The notes: generated by a model from the letters alone, not told the origin. Counted from the stretch's first letter, positions 20,001 to 30,822 are shown. The stretch is DNA of 64,000 nt from Promethearchaeia archaeon (GCA_029856155.1 JAHQWL010000102.1:1-64000), one strand, 5' to 3'. A program made the numbers and translations.

Positions 20001-20057
20001 AACAAAGGTTCCACTTTTTATTTTACTCTCCCATTAATTACACAAAATAAAGAGTAA
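17004..20057 (+). CDS. Large multi-PAS (about 6) sensor histidine kinase
   Basis: Repeated PAS/PAC units joined by LKESEEKFR linkers; SHELKTPL; DNGIG; GSGLGL. Confidence 0.9.
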   Translation: MKEIGVKYIVKNITTRNKLKVDFENNDKLWQITLDAMSESVFLIDLEHKILQCNKATLDILGKSNFNEIIGHSCWELVHCTTAPINWCPVNRMRQTGQRESTVQILNGRWVEISVEPVFSDEGEITGAVHIITDISARKKAEDDLSESEQQYLTILNSLSDAMHVVDRDLKIIFQNPAMIQWLEQLNLSSDLISKTIFEAFPFLDYNKVYNEYDKVFNDRELLITTEAVKLFDRNVFTETIKIPMIREGEVSHIITILRDITDQKEAEQKLRASEEKYRYLIENAFEGVWVIDSNADTVLVNPSMAHILGYSAEEMIGESLFSFMDEKAVKITKNHLEKRKQGISEERDAEMIHKNDKKVFLRIRPTPIFNHLGKYEGTYAFLANIIQRKSAEQKLKESEKKFRNLFENSPNIIILLDQKGVILDFNQLFLNKFNFEKKELVGKDFRDILRINSGNTLTAVEQYKKLIQNGKVEPFELGITNVEGKQVWINLQASEIEIGNQHIIQVILQDITEKKFAETELKESEEKFRIIAEQSFMGIIILQNGVFKYFNEQAAKMNGYSMEEIRNWEPYEFQKLIYPDDRDFVMAQVRKKQAGEPDVFSHYQYRVIKKNGEVIWVENFSKTINYGGRPADFVMTIDIDDKIKSDQKLKESEENFRTIAEQAFIGTLIIQDDKVEYVNNALLQIFEYSHEVIDNWRKNDLIKLIYPEDLQYLREYRKKLRAGESDIKEYYSYRVFTKYGKIKWIDQFSRPIIYRGQQAEIVTIMDITEKKKAEEELRKLNTLKSELLRRTSHELKTPLVSIKGFSDLLLTVHKDKLDDYVLATIHEIKLGCERLENLIQDILKTAELESESVELKKSEEDISFLIKLCVKELQGLIRLRNHNINLEIHDKLITRFEPDQIHLVLSNLLNNAIKYTPPNGKIKIKTDQTNDTILISIQDNGIGITNEEKKRLFSQFGKIERYGQGLDIISDGSGLGLFITKKIIELHGGKIWVRSKGRNKGSTFYFTLPLITQNKE

Positions 20058-20140
20058 ATAGGCTTTCTATAAAAAAATAATAAGAATCTAAAATTCATAA
20101 CTATGTAATCCTTTTTAATAAAATTCAAATATCTTTATTT

Positions 20141-20761
20141 ATGTCAATAACGAAAAAAAATGCTGAAATCCAAGCAGAAAATATAGTAAGAAGAATATTA
20201 GAAGAAAAAAATTATCTTTCTAAAGTTTTAAAAGGAGTTATGGCTAAAGAAGATTCAGTGAGATATCCAAATGCGATCGCTTTAGAAATTCTAAGTAAGG
20301 AGAATCCTAATATAATTTATCCTGAATGGAATTTTTTTGTTGATTTAATAAAAAGCAAAAATGCTTATCATAAATCGATTGCAATCTCTACAATTTCAAA
20401 TTTAACCGCAGTAGATGAAAAAAATAAATTTGAAGAAATTTTTGAAGAATTTTTTAAGCTTATTGATGATAAAAGTGTTATTGTTTCTAGAAAGCTAGCA
20501 ATTTGTGCAGGGAGAATTGCTACTGCTAAACTATCATTAAAAAGTAAAATCACAGCAGTTTTGCTAAGTATCAATGATACTCAACATAGCCCAAGTCGCA
20601 AAGATTTAATAAAAGGAGACATTATTGAAAGTTTCAGTGAATATTTTAAAGATATTAAGGATAAAAAGACAATTATTGAATTTGTTAAAAAACAATTAGA
20701 TAGTAGTAGTCCAAGTACAATGAAAAAAGCTAAAGAATTTCTCTCAAAATGGGAAAAGTAA
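20141..20761 (+). CDS. HEAT/ARM-like helical repeat hypothetical protein
   Basis: 206-aa ORF with amphipathic helices and D-x-x-V-R-like spacing. Confidence 0.55.
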   Translation: MSITKKNAEIQAENIVRRILEEKNYLSKVLKGVMAKEDSVRYPNAIALEILSKENPNIIYPEWNFFVDLIKSKNAYHKSIAISTISNLTAVDEKNKFEEIFEEFFKLIDDKSVIVSRKLAICAGRIATAKLSLKSKITAVLLSINDTQHSPSRKDLIKGDIIESFSEYFKDIKDKKTIIEFVKKQLDSSSPSTMKKAKEFLSKWEK

Positions 20762-20866
20762 ATTAACTATTAGGTTAGTTAAAATTTCTATTTATAATTA
20801 TTAAAACTTTTAATCTTTCTGTTTATTATATAGAATTAAATTAAAATAAAATAATTGTGAAATTAT

Positions 20867-22321
20867 ATGGTTGAATTTAATCCAAAAGTTTTAAGTAAAG
20901 AGGAATTAAGTGCAATCTCAGCTGGAGTAAATGAAGAAGAATTATTATTATTTGATAAACATTTATTAGACAACTATTATGATAGTAATGTGTTCCTTGA
21001 AGCTAAAGAACCAGGGTCCCCTTGGGTTGTTGTAAAGGACTTTAAAACGGGAAAACAATCTGAAAAGCTTGATTGCACTTCTCAGTATTGGTCATTAGCA
21101 TTAGGATTTGCGCATCCTGATGTAAATTATGCTGTGGCAGAACAAATGAAAAGATTTACTCATATTAAATCGGAAGGTGTATTTCCTTCTCGTGCTAAGT
21201 TTATCAATAAATTATCTGAATTATGTCCTGGTAGATTAAAAGGAGGAAGAGTTAAGATAAATAATGAAGGCGGGAGTTTAGCACTTGAATCAGCTGTAAA
21301 ATTCGCTTTAGTTGCATCTAAAGGTGGAGATCATTTCCTAACCTTCCGAGGTGGCTACCATGGAAATACTTTAGCTATGATATCCGCATCTCAACCTTTC
21401 CATTCAATAACCAGATTTAGACCTTTTGGAATAGATTTCTTTACAAGGGTCCCACAACCTTATTGTTATCGATGTTTGTGGAATTATAAAAATGGATTAT
21501 ATGGGAAACAGGATCCCGAATGTAATTTAGAGTGCTTTAATTTGGTTAAAGAATATTTAATGGGTCTAACTTCTAGAAAATTAGCAGGAGTTATTTTAGA
21601 ACCTTGGCAGGCAGCAGGAGGACATGTACCTTTCCCGCCAGATTTTCTTGTCAAATTAAGAGAAGTTTGTGATGAAGAGAGGATCTTCATAATATACGAT
21701 GAGTCTCAAACAGGTGTGTGGAGAACAGGTAAATATTTTACTTTAACTGAAAAATATGAAAAAGAACTCGGAATTGATGTATCTCCCGATATGATGTGTT
21801 TTACAAAAGCTATTGGTGGAGGTTTTGCATTAGGAGCTATGATTGTATCAAGTAAAATAAAAAAGAGATTTGGGCCATCTGAAGATCATACAACTTTCTG
21901 TAATACACCTATAGGGTGTACAGCAGGGCTTGCTTCAATGATGGTAATAGAAAGATCAAAAATTGGAGAAAATTGTGAAGAAAGAGGTAAACAGATCACT
22001 AAGCGATTAAAAGAACTTCAGGAAAAATATAATGTAATAGGAGATATACGTGGCCCAGGTTTATTCATAGGAATTGAATTGGTTAAAAACCAAAAATCGA
22101 GAGAACCTTTTACTGAACTCATGGAGGAAATGCTCCATGAGGGTGTAAAACAAAATATACTTTTTGGACCAAGTATGCCCTATTTTAGTGGAACAGGAAA
22201 GTTGTTAAAGAGAAATTTAATAAAAGTAAAACCTCCACTCAATATTACTGAAGAAGATGCTGATTTTATCTGTGATAAATTTGAAAGTGTATTAAAATCA
22301 TCAATTAGCAATCTAAAGTAG
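20867..22321 (+). CDS. Class III PLP aminotransferase
   Basis: GYHGNT, EPWQAAGG, DESQTGVWRTG, PLP-Lys FTKAIGGG. Confidence 0.9.
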   Translation: MVEFNPKVLSKEELSAISAGVNEEELLLFDKHLLDNYYDSNVFLEAKEPGSPWVVVKDFKTGKQSEKLDCTSQYWSLALGFAHPDVNYAVAEQMKRFTHIKSEGVFPSRAKFINKLSELCPGRLKGGRVKINNEGGSLALESAVKFALVASKGGDHFLTFRGGYHGNTLAMISASQPFHSITRFRPFGIDFFTRVPQPYCYRCLWNYKNGLYGKQDPECNLECFNLVKEYLMGLTSRKLAGVILEPWQAAGGHVPFPPDFLVKLREVCDEERIFIIYDESQTGVWRTGKYFTLTEKYEKELGIDVSPDMMCFTKAIGGGFALGAMIVSSKIKKRFGPSEDHTTFCNTPIGCTAGLASMMVIERSKIGENCEERGKQITKRLKELQEKYNVIGDIRGPGLFIGIELVKNQKSREPFTELMEEMLHEGVKQNILFGPSMPYFSGTGKLLKRNLIKVKPPLNITEEDADFICDKFESVLKSSISNLK

Positions 22322-22328
22322 ATTTAAT

Positions 22329-23573
22329 ATGAATTCTCGAGAACGTGTACTCGCAAGTATTAACCATAAAGAACCTGACAGAGTACCTATTGATCTTGGT
22401 GGTTTTCCAGTTACAGGAATTTCGGCAATAGCATATCATAACTTAAAGAAATATTTAGGATTTAATTCGGGTCAAATTAGGGTCTATGATCTGATGCAAC
22501 AACTGGCTGTTCCGGAAAAAAATATACTCGATTTATTTAAAGTAGATATATTAGATGTCGGAAGCACTTTTAACACTGAAGACGAAGATTGGTATGACAT
22601 ACATCTAAATGGATATGATCTACAGTTCCCAAATTGGTTTCAACCAAGGCATAATCCTGACGATTCATATGATGTTCTCCATCGTGATGGTACAATAATT
22701 GCTAGGATGACAAAGGATGCTTTAGTTTTTGACCAAACGTATTATCCGTGCTTAGAAAATTACCCTGAAACATACGTAGACTTTCAAAAAATGGCTAGTA
22801 AAAATCCTTGGGTAGCACAAGTAACTCCTCCATTTAGTAATATTGGTCAAAAGAGATTTTGGAAAACTTTAAGAAAAAACGCTATTACATTAAAAGAACA
22901 GTCCAAAAAAGCAATAGCACTCAATTTAGGAAGTACATCTTTTGAATTAGCAAGTTCATTTAAAAGATTAGATAAATTTTTAATTGATTTAGTAAGAAAC
23001 ACTTCAAAGGTTGAAAAGTTTCTTGATTTTATGATGGAGTTCTTTTTTAATTCACTCAGTGTAATATGTAGTTATGTGGGAGATGTAATTGATATAATAA
23101 AAATAGGTGATGACCTTGGCGAAAATAAAGGTCCTTTCATTAGCCCCAGAATTTTTCGAGAAATTTTTAAACCAAGAATTACCGAGATATGCGATTTTAT
23201 CAAGAAAAAAAGCTCAATGAAAATATTTTATCATTCCTGTGGGTCTATTGTACCTTTATTGCCAGATCTGATAGATACTGGTATAGATATTCTCAATCCC
23301 GTACAAATAAACGCAAGAGATATGGATCCTAAATTTCTGAAGGATAATTTTGGGGATGAAATTACATTTTGGGGTGGTGGTGCCGATACACGTAATGTTA
23401 TTAATAGAAAAAATCCCGAAGAGGTTAAAAAGCATGTATTAGAATTGCTTGAAATTTTCTTTCCAGGAGGAGGATATGTTTGGAATACAGTTCATAATAT
23501 TTTACCAGATGTCCCCCCTCAAAACATAGTCGCTATGTTTGAAGCTATCGAGGAATTCAATAATAATCTTTAA
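22329..23573 (+). CDS. Uroporphyrinogen decarboxylase/MtaA-CmuA family protein
   Basis: MNSRERV...EPDRVPID start; GDDLG, HSCG, LNPVQ, FWGG, HNI motifs. Confidence 0.85.
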   Translation: MNSRERVLASINHKEPDRVPIDLGGFPVTGISAIAYHNLKKYLGFNSGQIRVYDLMQQLAVPEKNILDLFKVDILDVGSTFNTEDEDWYDIHLNGYDLQFPNWFQPRHNPDDSYDVLHRDGTIIARMTKDALVFDQTYYPCLENYPETYVDFQKMASKNPWVAQVTPPFSNIGQKRFWKTLRKNAITLKEQSKKAIALNLGSTSFELASSFKRLDKFLIDLVRNTSKVEKFLDFMMEFFFNSLSVICSYVGDVIDIIKIGDDLGENKGPFISPRIFREIFKPRITEICDFIKKKSSMKIFYHSCGSIVPLLPDLIDTGIDILNPVQINARDMDPKFLKDNFGDEITFWGGGADTRNVINRKNPEEVKKHVLELLEIFFPGGGYVWNTVHNILPDVPPQNIVAMFEAIEEFNNNL

Positions 23574-23579
23574 TCATTT

Positions 23580-24539
23580 CTAGGAGAAATCTTTTGCAAC
23601 AAGCCTTAAATTTTGAATAGATTTTGGTTTAAAGAAGAATTCATTTTTATTATATAGAACTATCTTCATTAACGGTAAGAAATTCGCTAAATAAAGAGAG
23701 ATTCCTCTAATTTCTTTATCATTAAGTAAAAATTTGATATTTTCAAATTTGAAAAACCCCAACTGTCCACTTATTTCATGCAAATTTCCAATTTTTTGAG
23801 AGCCTATATATACTGGAGATAAATTGTTAGATATATTTTTTTGCTGGAAAATTACTGTACCAATTTTATAGTGAGGAATTCCCCCATCCAAAAGACATTC
23901 TAAATTGTTGACTATTATCTTAACTCCATAGAAGGGAAAGAGATTATGATAAAAATGTTTTGGTAAAGATGCTAGAATCATCTCTGGATATGTGGAATGA
24001 ATTTCGATAGGAATTTGATTCGTATTTATTTCTTCAGAAAATTCATTTAACGTATTTTTCTTTTCAATTGCCAAAGAAAAACTTTTTCCTCCTCTAGCAC
24101 GAATAGCATCGTTGATTGGTCTTATTTCCAGATGCAAATGAGGACTCGACCAGTATGCAAAATATCCATTACGAATAGTTTTTCCTAAATGATCACCTAC
24201 TTCAATTTGATCTCCTACTTTAACATTTGGATTAACATGCATGATTTTCCAAAGAATCTCAGAATTTAGAGGATTACTAAGTAAAATCAAATAATCGACA
24301 TCAACCCCATCAGAAAATTTAGCCTTAGGTGCTCTTAATTTTTTGATTTGCTGGATTTTTCCTGAAACTGGGCTTAGAATTTCAATGTTTTCCAATGTTA
24401 GATTAGGATAGATATCAATTGCGAGTCCGTGCTGATGGGCGTAATAAGGGGATGTTCCTATACTAAAATGACTTGCTTGTGGTATTGATACTCTTATTCC
24501 ATCCATTTTGACTATATCATAAAATTTAGAGTTAGTCAT
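23580..24539 (-). CDS. M23-like metallopeptidase domain protein
   Basis: HQHGLAID and PHLHLE motifs; SPVSGKI. Confidence 0.65.
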   Translation of the reverse strand: MTNSKFYDIVKMDGIRVSIPQASHFSIGTSPYYAHQHGLAIDIYPNLTLENIEILSPVSGKIQQIKKLRAPKAKFSDGVDVDYLILLSNPLNSEILWKIMHVNPNVKVGDQIEVGDHLGKTIRNGYFAYWSSPHLHLEIRPINDAIRARGGKSFSLAIEKKNTLNEFSEEINTNQIPIEIHSTYPEMILASLPKHFYHNLFPFYGVKIIVNNLECLLDGGIPHYKIGTVIFQQKNISNNLSPVYIGSQKIGNLHEISGQLGFFKFENIKFLLNDKEIRGISLYLANFLPLMKIVLYNKNEFFFKPKSIQNLRLVAKDFS

Positions 24540-24839
24540 GAAAAACTTTTGGTGTTCTTGAGTAATAGTTATAATTAATGAGTTATGCCAAAATAAATTA
24601 TTTAATTAGTTTACAAAGAATATAGAATAGAATGGTTAACATATTCTTGGTCCTATATTCCAATTTTTACTTTTTTCAATTTTAAATTCATTTTTATAAT
24701 CTTTGTCTTAAAAGACCTCAAAAAAGTCAAAGTTTATTATTCTTGGTCTCCTATTCTTTATTGATTCTTTAGAATTTAAAGAATTTTTAAAAAAGTAAAA
24801 TAATTTGGTTTTTCCAAGTTTCGAAATTTGTGACATAAT

Positions 24840-25100
24840 ATGGTAAAAGGAACTGTAAAATGGTTTAACAGCCGTAAAGGCTTCGGATTTATAAATTCGG
24901 AAGAAGGAAGCGATGTTTTTGTTCATTACACTGCATTATCTGGTAGAGATGACGAATACAAGACTTTGAACGAGAACGATAAGGTTGAGTTTGATGTTGT
25001 CGAAGGTCAAAAAGGACCGCAAGCCAGCAACGTTGTAGTAACTGAAAAGGCTCCTCCTAATCCATATAATAGGGGCGGCAGAAGAAATCTCCGTTTTTAA
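24840..25100 (+). CDS. csp: Cold-shock domain protein
   Basis: [15 protein letters not shown] (RNP1), VFVHY (RNP2), KGPQASNV. Confidence 0.95.
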   Translation: MVKGTVKWFNSRKGFGFINSEEGSDVFVHYTALSGRDDEYKTLNENDKVEFDVVEGQKGPQASNVVVTEKAPPNPYNRGGRRNLRF

Positions 25101-25251
25101 ACAAAAAGACTTTGTAAATCTACAAAAAGGAAAATATAATATAAGAAATAAATAATAATTAGTAAAAAACTGTTTTTGCGATTGTTATCGAATCTTATCT
25201 TTTTTTTTATTTTTAATCTAAAAAAATACTTAATTTAATATTCATTTGAAT

Positions 25252-26700
25252 TTATTTCCAAATATTAATACCTTTGGCTACTAAATCTTTAAGGATTAAT
25301 TCTACTTCTAAATCTTTTCTTGTAGCTATTGGAGTATTTGCAATATATAAATCAGTAAGAGATTGAAGATCCAATAAAAATTCTGGGATTTTACTTATAG
25401 GATTATTATTTAACCATAAAACTTTTATAGATTTTAAATTACAGATATTTTCGGGAAACCTTTTTATGATATTATTACTCAAATCTAGAATTTCAAGATT
25501 CTTAAATCCAAATTTAATATCGACAAAATCTTCCAATTGATTGAAACTTAACCCTAAAACTTTTAATGAATTCATTTGATTCATATTTTTAGGTAAATTT
25601 CTAAGCTGATTACCCCATATAGAAAAAATTTCTAACTTTTTTAATTCGCAAATCGTTTCAGGTAAAAATTGAAGAACATTATGATTTAAATGCAATTCTT
25701 TAAGATTAATTAGTTTGCCAATCTTGTTTGGGAGTTTAATCAAGTGATTATCACTCAAATTTAATAATTTTAAACTCGTTAAATTACCTATTGAATCCGG
25801 AAGATATTTTAATCTGTTTTCTGTCATATATAACTCTTCTAAGGACTCAAACTTTCCTATCGAAGAAGGTAATACTCTCAACCCACATCGATTAAGACCT
25901 AGAGCATTAACTCTACCTTTTGCGTAGGAGAACCCCATATGAGTTTCTTTATTAATAACATCAACTGGTTTTAAGCGATTAATTAAAAATATCCTAGAAT
26001 TTTTTAAATTAATCTTAATAATGTCTAATAATACTTCAATTTCAGCTTCTTCAAGATTAGAACCTTGTTTCTTTTTAAATCTCTTTTTTAATTGCTCAAA
26101 GAGTAATTCCATCAATAGTTCTATTTCCTGATTATTAAAATATTCAAGATAATTTTCTTGAATTAAATATTGAGCAACATTTGTATAAAGATTCATGAGT
26201 CTCTCAATAATCTCATCTTTAAAAACTCGTCTTGCTACAGGATCTCCCTTATCAGTCAATTTTTTGAGAAGTGGAAAAGCTAAATTACTATGTAGCAAAT
26301 TAGTATCATAAAAGTTTTCAGACCATGCTTGTAGGTTGGAACAATGCCCCCAGAATTCAACTTCAGGGTTTAATTTGCGATATTTAGTGTCATATTCTAA
26401 AGAATGATCAAGCTTTTCACTAACATCATCTATTGACCTGAAATCATCGAATTCATTAATTCTATCTTCTGGAATTTCAATTAATAAATATTTACATTGA
26501 AGAAATTTTTCATCCTTAACATAAATTACAGATTTACCCTTTTCAAATTTTAATGTGATAAAATCATTTATCTTATAATCAGTTACTTCCTTTTTTGCTA
26601 GTTTAATATCTTCGATTGAGAACTTTATTCTCGTACCACATTTCCGACAGAAATTATAAGTTGTTTTATTCCTCGTACCACATTTGGGACAAAAAAGCAT
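25252..26700 (-). CDS. Zinc-ribbon plus leucine-rich repeat protein
   Basis: CPKC..CRKC N-terminus; many LxxLxLxxNxL repeats. Confidence 0.9.
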   Translation of the reverse strand: MLFCPKCGTRNKTTYNFCRKCGTRIKFSIEDIKLAKKEVTDYKINDFITLKFEKGKSVIYVKDEKFLQCKYLLIEIPEDRINEFDDFRSIDDVSEKLDHSLEYDTKYRKLNPEVEFWGHCSNLQAWSENFYDTNLLHSNLAFPLLKKLTDKGDPVARRVFKDEIIERLMNLYTNVAQYLIQENYLEYFNNQEIELLMELLFEQLKKRFKKKQGSNLEEAEIEVLLDIIKINLKNSRIFLINRLKPVDVINKETHMGFSYAKGRVNALGLNRCGLRVLPSSIGKFESLEELYMTENRLKYLPDSIGNLTSLKLLNLSDNHLIKLPNKIGKLINLKELHLNHNVLQFLPETICELKKLEIFSIWGNQLRNLPKNMNQMNSLKVLGLSFNQLEDFVDIKFGFKNLEILDLSNNIIKRFPENICNLKSIKVLWLNNNPISKIPEFLLDLQSLTDLYIANTPIATRKDLEVELILKDLVAKGINIWK

Positions 26701-26969
26701 ATTATCTTGTTAGAAGCTTTAATTAAGCGAGATATCTTTTATTTTATAATAGGTTTAGCTTTTTTATACTTATTTGCTTTCCAAAATAATCATATTTCTC
26801 TTAATTTTTTGATTTAATTAGGATTATATTTTCGGCATAGGAATTGTCATAAATTATTGGAATCTTATGACAGAAAATTTAGAATATGATAGTAAGCAGG
26901 AGAGTTCAAAGCACGCTAATCTGTTTGAAGAATGCCATATAAAATTCCAATGATGGAATTTTTAATCCT

Positions 26970-27965
26970 TTAGTAAAAACTCAATGATGCTAATGGAGTA
27001 ATAAATTCATCAATTACTCTTAATACATTTAAAATAATTATGTATGTAGTTAAACTAAGGAAATAAATACTTAGAAATTTTTTTTTGCTCTTTAAACTAG
27101 TTTTGTAAAATCTAAACAACAACTTTAGCGTTAGTGCGAATGTCAAGATTAAGAATGGAAAGAAAATGAAAAAAAGAGTCCAAGGATTATATCCTATATT
27201 CACAAGTGATAACACATCACTCCTTATGTTGAGAAATTGAGGAAACGTGAAATAAAGAGCGACTCGATTTAAAAAAAGCATTGAAATTACAATCGATAAA
27301 AGCCATGTGAAGCTATTCTTTTCTTTTTTCCGTAAAATAATAGTTAGCGAAATTGACGCAAACACACATTCTAAAATTAACCCCCCGAGTGAAATTATCG
27401 TAGCTTTAAGAAGAAGAAATGGATCATCCCCCATCAGATTTCCAGACGCCCAACCTTGGAGAAAGATATTAATTCTTATTTCTCCATAATAGGTTCCAAC
27501 AAGAATATCTGCCATTGCGTGACCAAACTCGTGAATGTACAAATTCAAAAAACCTACTATATAAAAAAGGCAAAAAAGTAAGAAAATTGATATAAATTTA
27601 TCAGTAGTCTTATCGAGTTTAAATATATCTTCTTTTATTTTGGAGAGAAAAGATTGTACATCAATTATAGATTGATCTTCTTTAAATAAATCTAATCTCC
27701 TTATAAGTAAAAAGGAAATTGATAGAAGTACTACATTTACGAATATTACGTACGTTAGACAACTATTTAATGGAAATATGGAAAAATCTCCATTATAATC
27801 TCTTCGAAATATATTAATAATGTTTAAAGAAATATATATGTTAAAAACACACAGTACTCCTAAAAATAATAATCCAACTCTTTTCTTCTCTTTAATTAGA
27901 ACTGCACTTAAAAATATTGTTAAAGCTGGTAAAATTGGAGCAACAATCGCCCAATAAAAATTCAT
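26970..27965 (-). CDS. Multi-pass membrane protein with HExxH motif (M50-like metalloprotease)
   Basis: IHEFGH next to a TM helix; several hydrophobic segments. Confidence 0.6.
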   Translation of the reverse strand: MNFYWAIVAPILPALTIFLSAVLIKEKKRVGLLFLGVLCVFNIYISLNIINIFRRDYNGDFSIFPLNSCLTYVIFVNVVLLSISFLLIRRLDLFKEDQSIIDVQSFLSKIKEDIFKLDKTTDKFISIFLLFCLFYIVGFLNLYIHEFGHAMADILVGTYYGEIRINIFLQGWASGNLMGDDPFLLLKATIISLGGLILECVFASISLTIILRKKEKNSFTWLLSIVISMLFLNRVALYFTFPQFLNIRSDVLSLVNIGYNPWTLFFIFFPFLILTFALTLKLLFRFYKTSLKSKKKFLSIYFLSLTTYIIILNVLRVIDEFITPLASLSFY

Positions 27966-28154
27966 TTTTATATTCCTCTGAAAATGAATGATTCAATAAT
28001 AGGATAATAGGATAATTATATTTATTAAATTATTATTTTTACCTAAATATCATTCCCACCCCTCGATATTGGAATTTTCATCTTGTCTTTGGGATTTTAT
28101 TGTTGTTGTTTTTATGTATAGAGTTTTTTAATAAAAATTACTGTTTAATATTTT

Positions 28155-28180
28155 TTCCTAATTAGGAATAATTCTTAATT
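28155..28180. promoter_or_regulatory. Overlapping palindromes upstream of catalase (candidate operator)
   Basis: TTCCTAATTAGGAA (28155-28168, perfect) overlapping AATTAGGAAT-A-ATTCTTAATT (28160-28180, one mismatch). Confidence 0.4.
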
Positions 28181-28276
28181 CGCTGTTTTTTATATATGTT
28201 ATAAGAAAAAGGCTTAAATATTATCAAAAAACGAATAAAATTAGATCTACACAAAAGAAAAAAAAGGCAAATAAAT

Positions 28277-29746
28277 ATGGTAGATAAAAAAAAAGAAAAT
28301 AAAACCCTTACCACTGCTGGTGGAGCACCCGTCTCTGATAATCAAAACTCTGAAACCGCGGGCGAGAGAGGTCCTGTTCTCATGCAAGATGTTCACTTAC
28401 TTGAGAAATTAGCTACATTTGCTAGAGAACGAATACCTGAGCGGGTAGTGCACGCGAAAGGAGCTGGCGCCTACGGTACTTTTACGGTTACACATGATAT
28501 AACAAAATATACAAAAGCTAAAATTTTCTCTGAAATTGGTAAAAAAACCGATATGTTCGCCCGTTTTTCAACAGTTGCAGGTGAAAGAGGTTCAGCTGAT
28601 ACAGTTAGAGATGTCAGAGGTTTTGCATTAAAGTTTTATACCGAAGAAGGAAATTGGGATTTAGTAGGTAATAATACACCAGTATTTTTCGTCAGAGATC
28701 CCTTAAAGTTTAGTGATTTCATCCACACACAGAAACGTATGCCGAAATCAAACCTTCGATCTCAAACAATGTGGTGGGATTTCTGGTCTCTAGTTCCTGA
28801 AGCATTGCATCAAATAACCGTCCTATTTTCAGATCGTGGTATCCCTAAAGGTTTTCCCCATATGAATGGCTATAGTAGCCATACTTATAGTTTTTTAAAT
28901 GCAGATGATGAACGCTTTTGGGTTAAATTTCATTTTAAAACTATGCAAGGAATAAAGTGTTTCACACAAACCGAAGCTGATGAGATTGCTGGTAAAGATC
29001 CAGATTGGGCAACTCGCGATCTTTTTGAAAGAATTGAAAAAGGAGACTATCCTAAATGGGAACTATCAGTACAAATCATGCCAGAGCTCGAAGCTGAAAC
29101 GTATGAGTGGAACCCCTTCGATCTCACTAAAGTATGGCCCCATAAGGATTATCCATTGATTAAAGTGGGAATTATGGAGCTAAATAGAAACCCAGATAAC
29201 TATTTTGCAGAAACCGAACAAAGTGCTTTTGATCCTTCCAATAGAGTACCAGGTATTTCCTTTTCACCTGATAAAATGCTTCAAGGGAGATTATTCTCAT
29301 ATGCTGATGCACATAGATACAGATTAGGTGTCAATTATCAAAGTTTACCGATCAATCGTCCAAAAGCAGCACAAGTTAATACATATCATAGGGATGGTTC
29401 CATGAGATTTGATGGTAATGCAGGAGACGCAGTAGTCTATGAACCAAATAGTTTTGGAGGACCCAAAGAAGACCCTGCTTTTAAGGAACCCCCCCTAAAG
29501 ATTTCGGGTGATGCAGATAGATATAATCAACCAAGAGTTGATGCAGATTTCATTCAACCCGGTAATCTCTATAGATTGATGCCCCCTGATGAACAGGAAC
29601 GTCTAATCCAAAACCTTGTTAATAGCTTAAAAACTGTGCCAAAGTCCATTCAGGAACGAATGCTTCAATATTTTTATAAAGCTGATTCGACCTGGGGCGA
29701 TAGAATCGCAAAGGGATTAGGAATTAAAGCCTTAGCTGCAGTCTAA
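28277..29746 (+). CDS. katA: Monofunctional heme catalase (small-subunit)
   Basis: [31 protein letters not shown] proximal heme motif. Confidence 0.95.
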   Translation: MVDKKKENKTLTTAGGAPVSDNQNSETAGERGPVLMQDVHLLEKLATFARERIPERVVHAKGAGAYGTFTVTHDITKYTKAKIFSEIGKKTDMFARFSTVAGERGSADTVRDVRGFALKFYTEEGNWDLVGNNTPVFFVRDPLKFSDFIHTQKRMPKSNLRSQTMWWDFWSLVPEALHQITVLFSDRGIPKGFPHMNGYSSHTYSFLNADDERFWVKFHFKTMQGIKCFTQTEADEIAGKDPDWATRDLFERIEKGDYPKWELSVQIMPELEAETYEWNPFDLTKVWPHKDYPLIKVGIMELNRNPDNYFAETEQSAFDPSNRVPGISFSPDKMLQGRLFSYADAHRYRLGVNYQSLPINRPKAAQVNTYHRDGSMRFDGNAGDAVVYEPNSFGGPKEDPAFKEPPLKISGDADRYNQPRVDADFIQPGNLYRLMPPDEQERLIQNLVNSLKTVPKSIQERMLQYFYKADSTWGDRIAKGLGIKALAAV

Positions 29747-29998
29747 TAAAAATATATTTAAAAATAACTCTTTCTTTTTTTTATTTTATTATTATAATTT
29801 TAATGTCATTTAAGCAAAATAGTATTGAATAAATAAGATTAAAAGAAAAAATTAATGGGTGAATTAATATGTTCAATTTCTTCATAATGAACATACTCTT
29901 ATTAGAAAGCCCAATCTTTGTTAAAAATTAAATAAAAATTTATGAAAAATAGTCATAAAATTAAATAAAACTCTATTAATATCAAAATAAAATAAAAA

Positions 29999-30820
29999 AT
30001 GGTGTTTAAAATTACGCAATATAAATATGAAAATAAAAATACTGAAGATATCATTGATAATTCAAACTCCATTGAAGTAAAAGATTTAAAGAAATATTTC
30101 ATAGGGAAAAAAAGTTTTAACGACGTTAAAGCTGTTGATGGAATATCGTTTGAGGTAAAAAGAGGTGAGCTATTTGGACTTTTGGGACCTAATGGAGCTG
30201 GCAAGACAACTACAATAAATATGTTATGTGGTTTATTAAAACCTACAGAAGGGACTGCTATAGTTGGAGGTTATGATGTAAAGGAGAATCTTAATAAGGT
30301 TAAGGAATTAATTAGTGTATGCCCACAAGAAGCGGCAGTATTTCCATTTCTTACAGGCAGAGAGAATATTGAGTATTTCGGAAACATGCACCTGATGTCG
30401 AAAGAAAAAATAAATGAGCGAGCAGAAAAACTATTAAATTTATTAGGTTTATTTGAAGCCAGTACGCGGAAAGCAAAAGCATATAGTGGAGGAATGAAAA
30501 GACAACTAAATTTAATAGTTGCGTTAATAAACGAGCCTAACATTCTATTCTTAGATGAACCGACAGTAGGAATGGACCCTCGAGTTCGACGAACTACATG
30601 GGAGTTTATTAATTCTTTAAAAAATGAAAATAGAACCATCATCTTAACAACCCATTATATCGAAGAAGCAGAAGCTCTCTGCGATAGAGTTGCGATTATT
30701 GATTATGGGAAGTTAGTAGCACTAGACTCCCCTAAAAAATTGATGGAAGAACATGAATCTAAAAATTTAGAGGAGGTTTTTTTGAAAATTACTGGAAGGA
30801 GAATTTTGGAGGGGGTCTAA
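29999..30820 (+). CDS. ABC transporter ATP-binding subunit (drug-export type)
   Basis: GPNGAGKT, YSGGM, FLDEPT. Confidence 0.9.
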   Translation: MVFKITQYKYENKNTEDIIDNSNSIEVKDLKKYFIGKKSFNDVKAVDGISFEVKRGELFGLLGPNGAGKTTTINMLCGLLKPTEGTAIVGGYDVKENLNKVKELISVCPQEAAVFPFLTGRENIEYFGNMHLMSKEKINERAEKLLNLLGLFEASTRKAKAYSGGMKRQLNLIVALINEPNILFLDEPTVGMDPRVRRTTWEFINSLKNENRTIILTTHYIEEAEALCDRVAIIDYGKLVALDSPKKLMEEHESKNLEEVFLKITGRRILEGV

Positions 30821-30822
30821 CA

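Noticed and set aside
26840-26965. Short ORF and two 8-bp inverted repeats between the LRR and membrane-protein genes
   Set aside because: No recognisable product or RBS; the hairpins could be chance or terminator-related in AT-rich DNA
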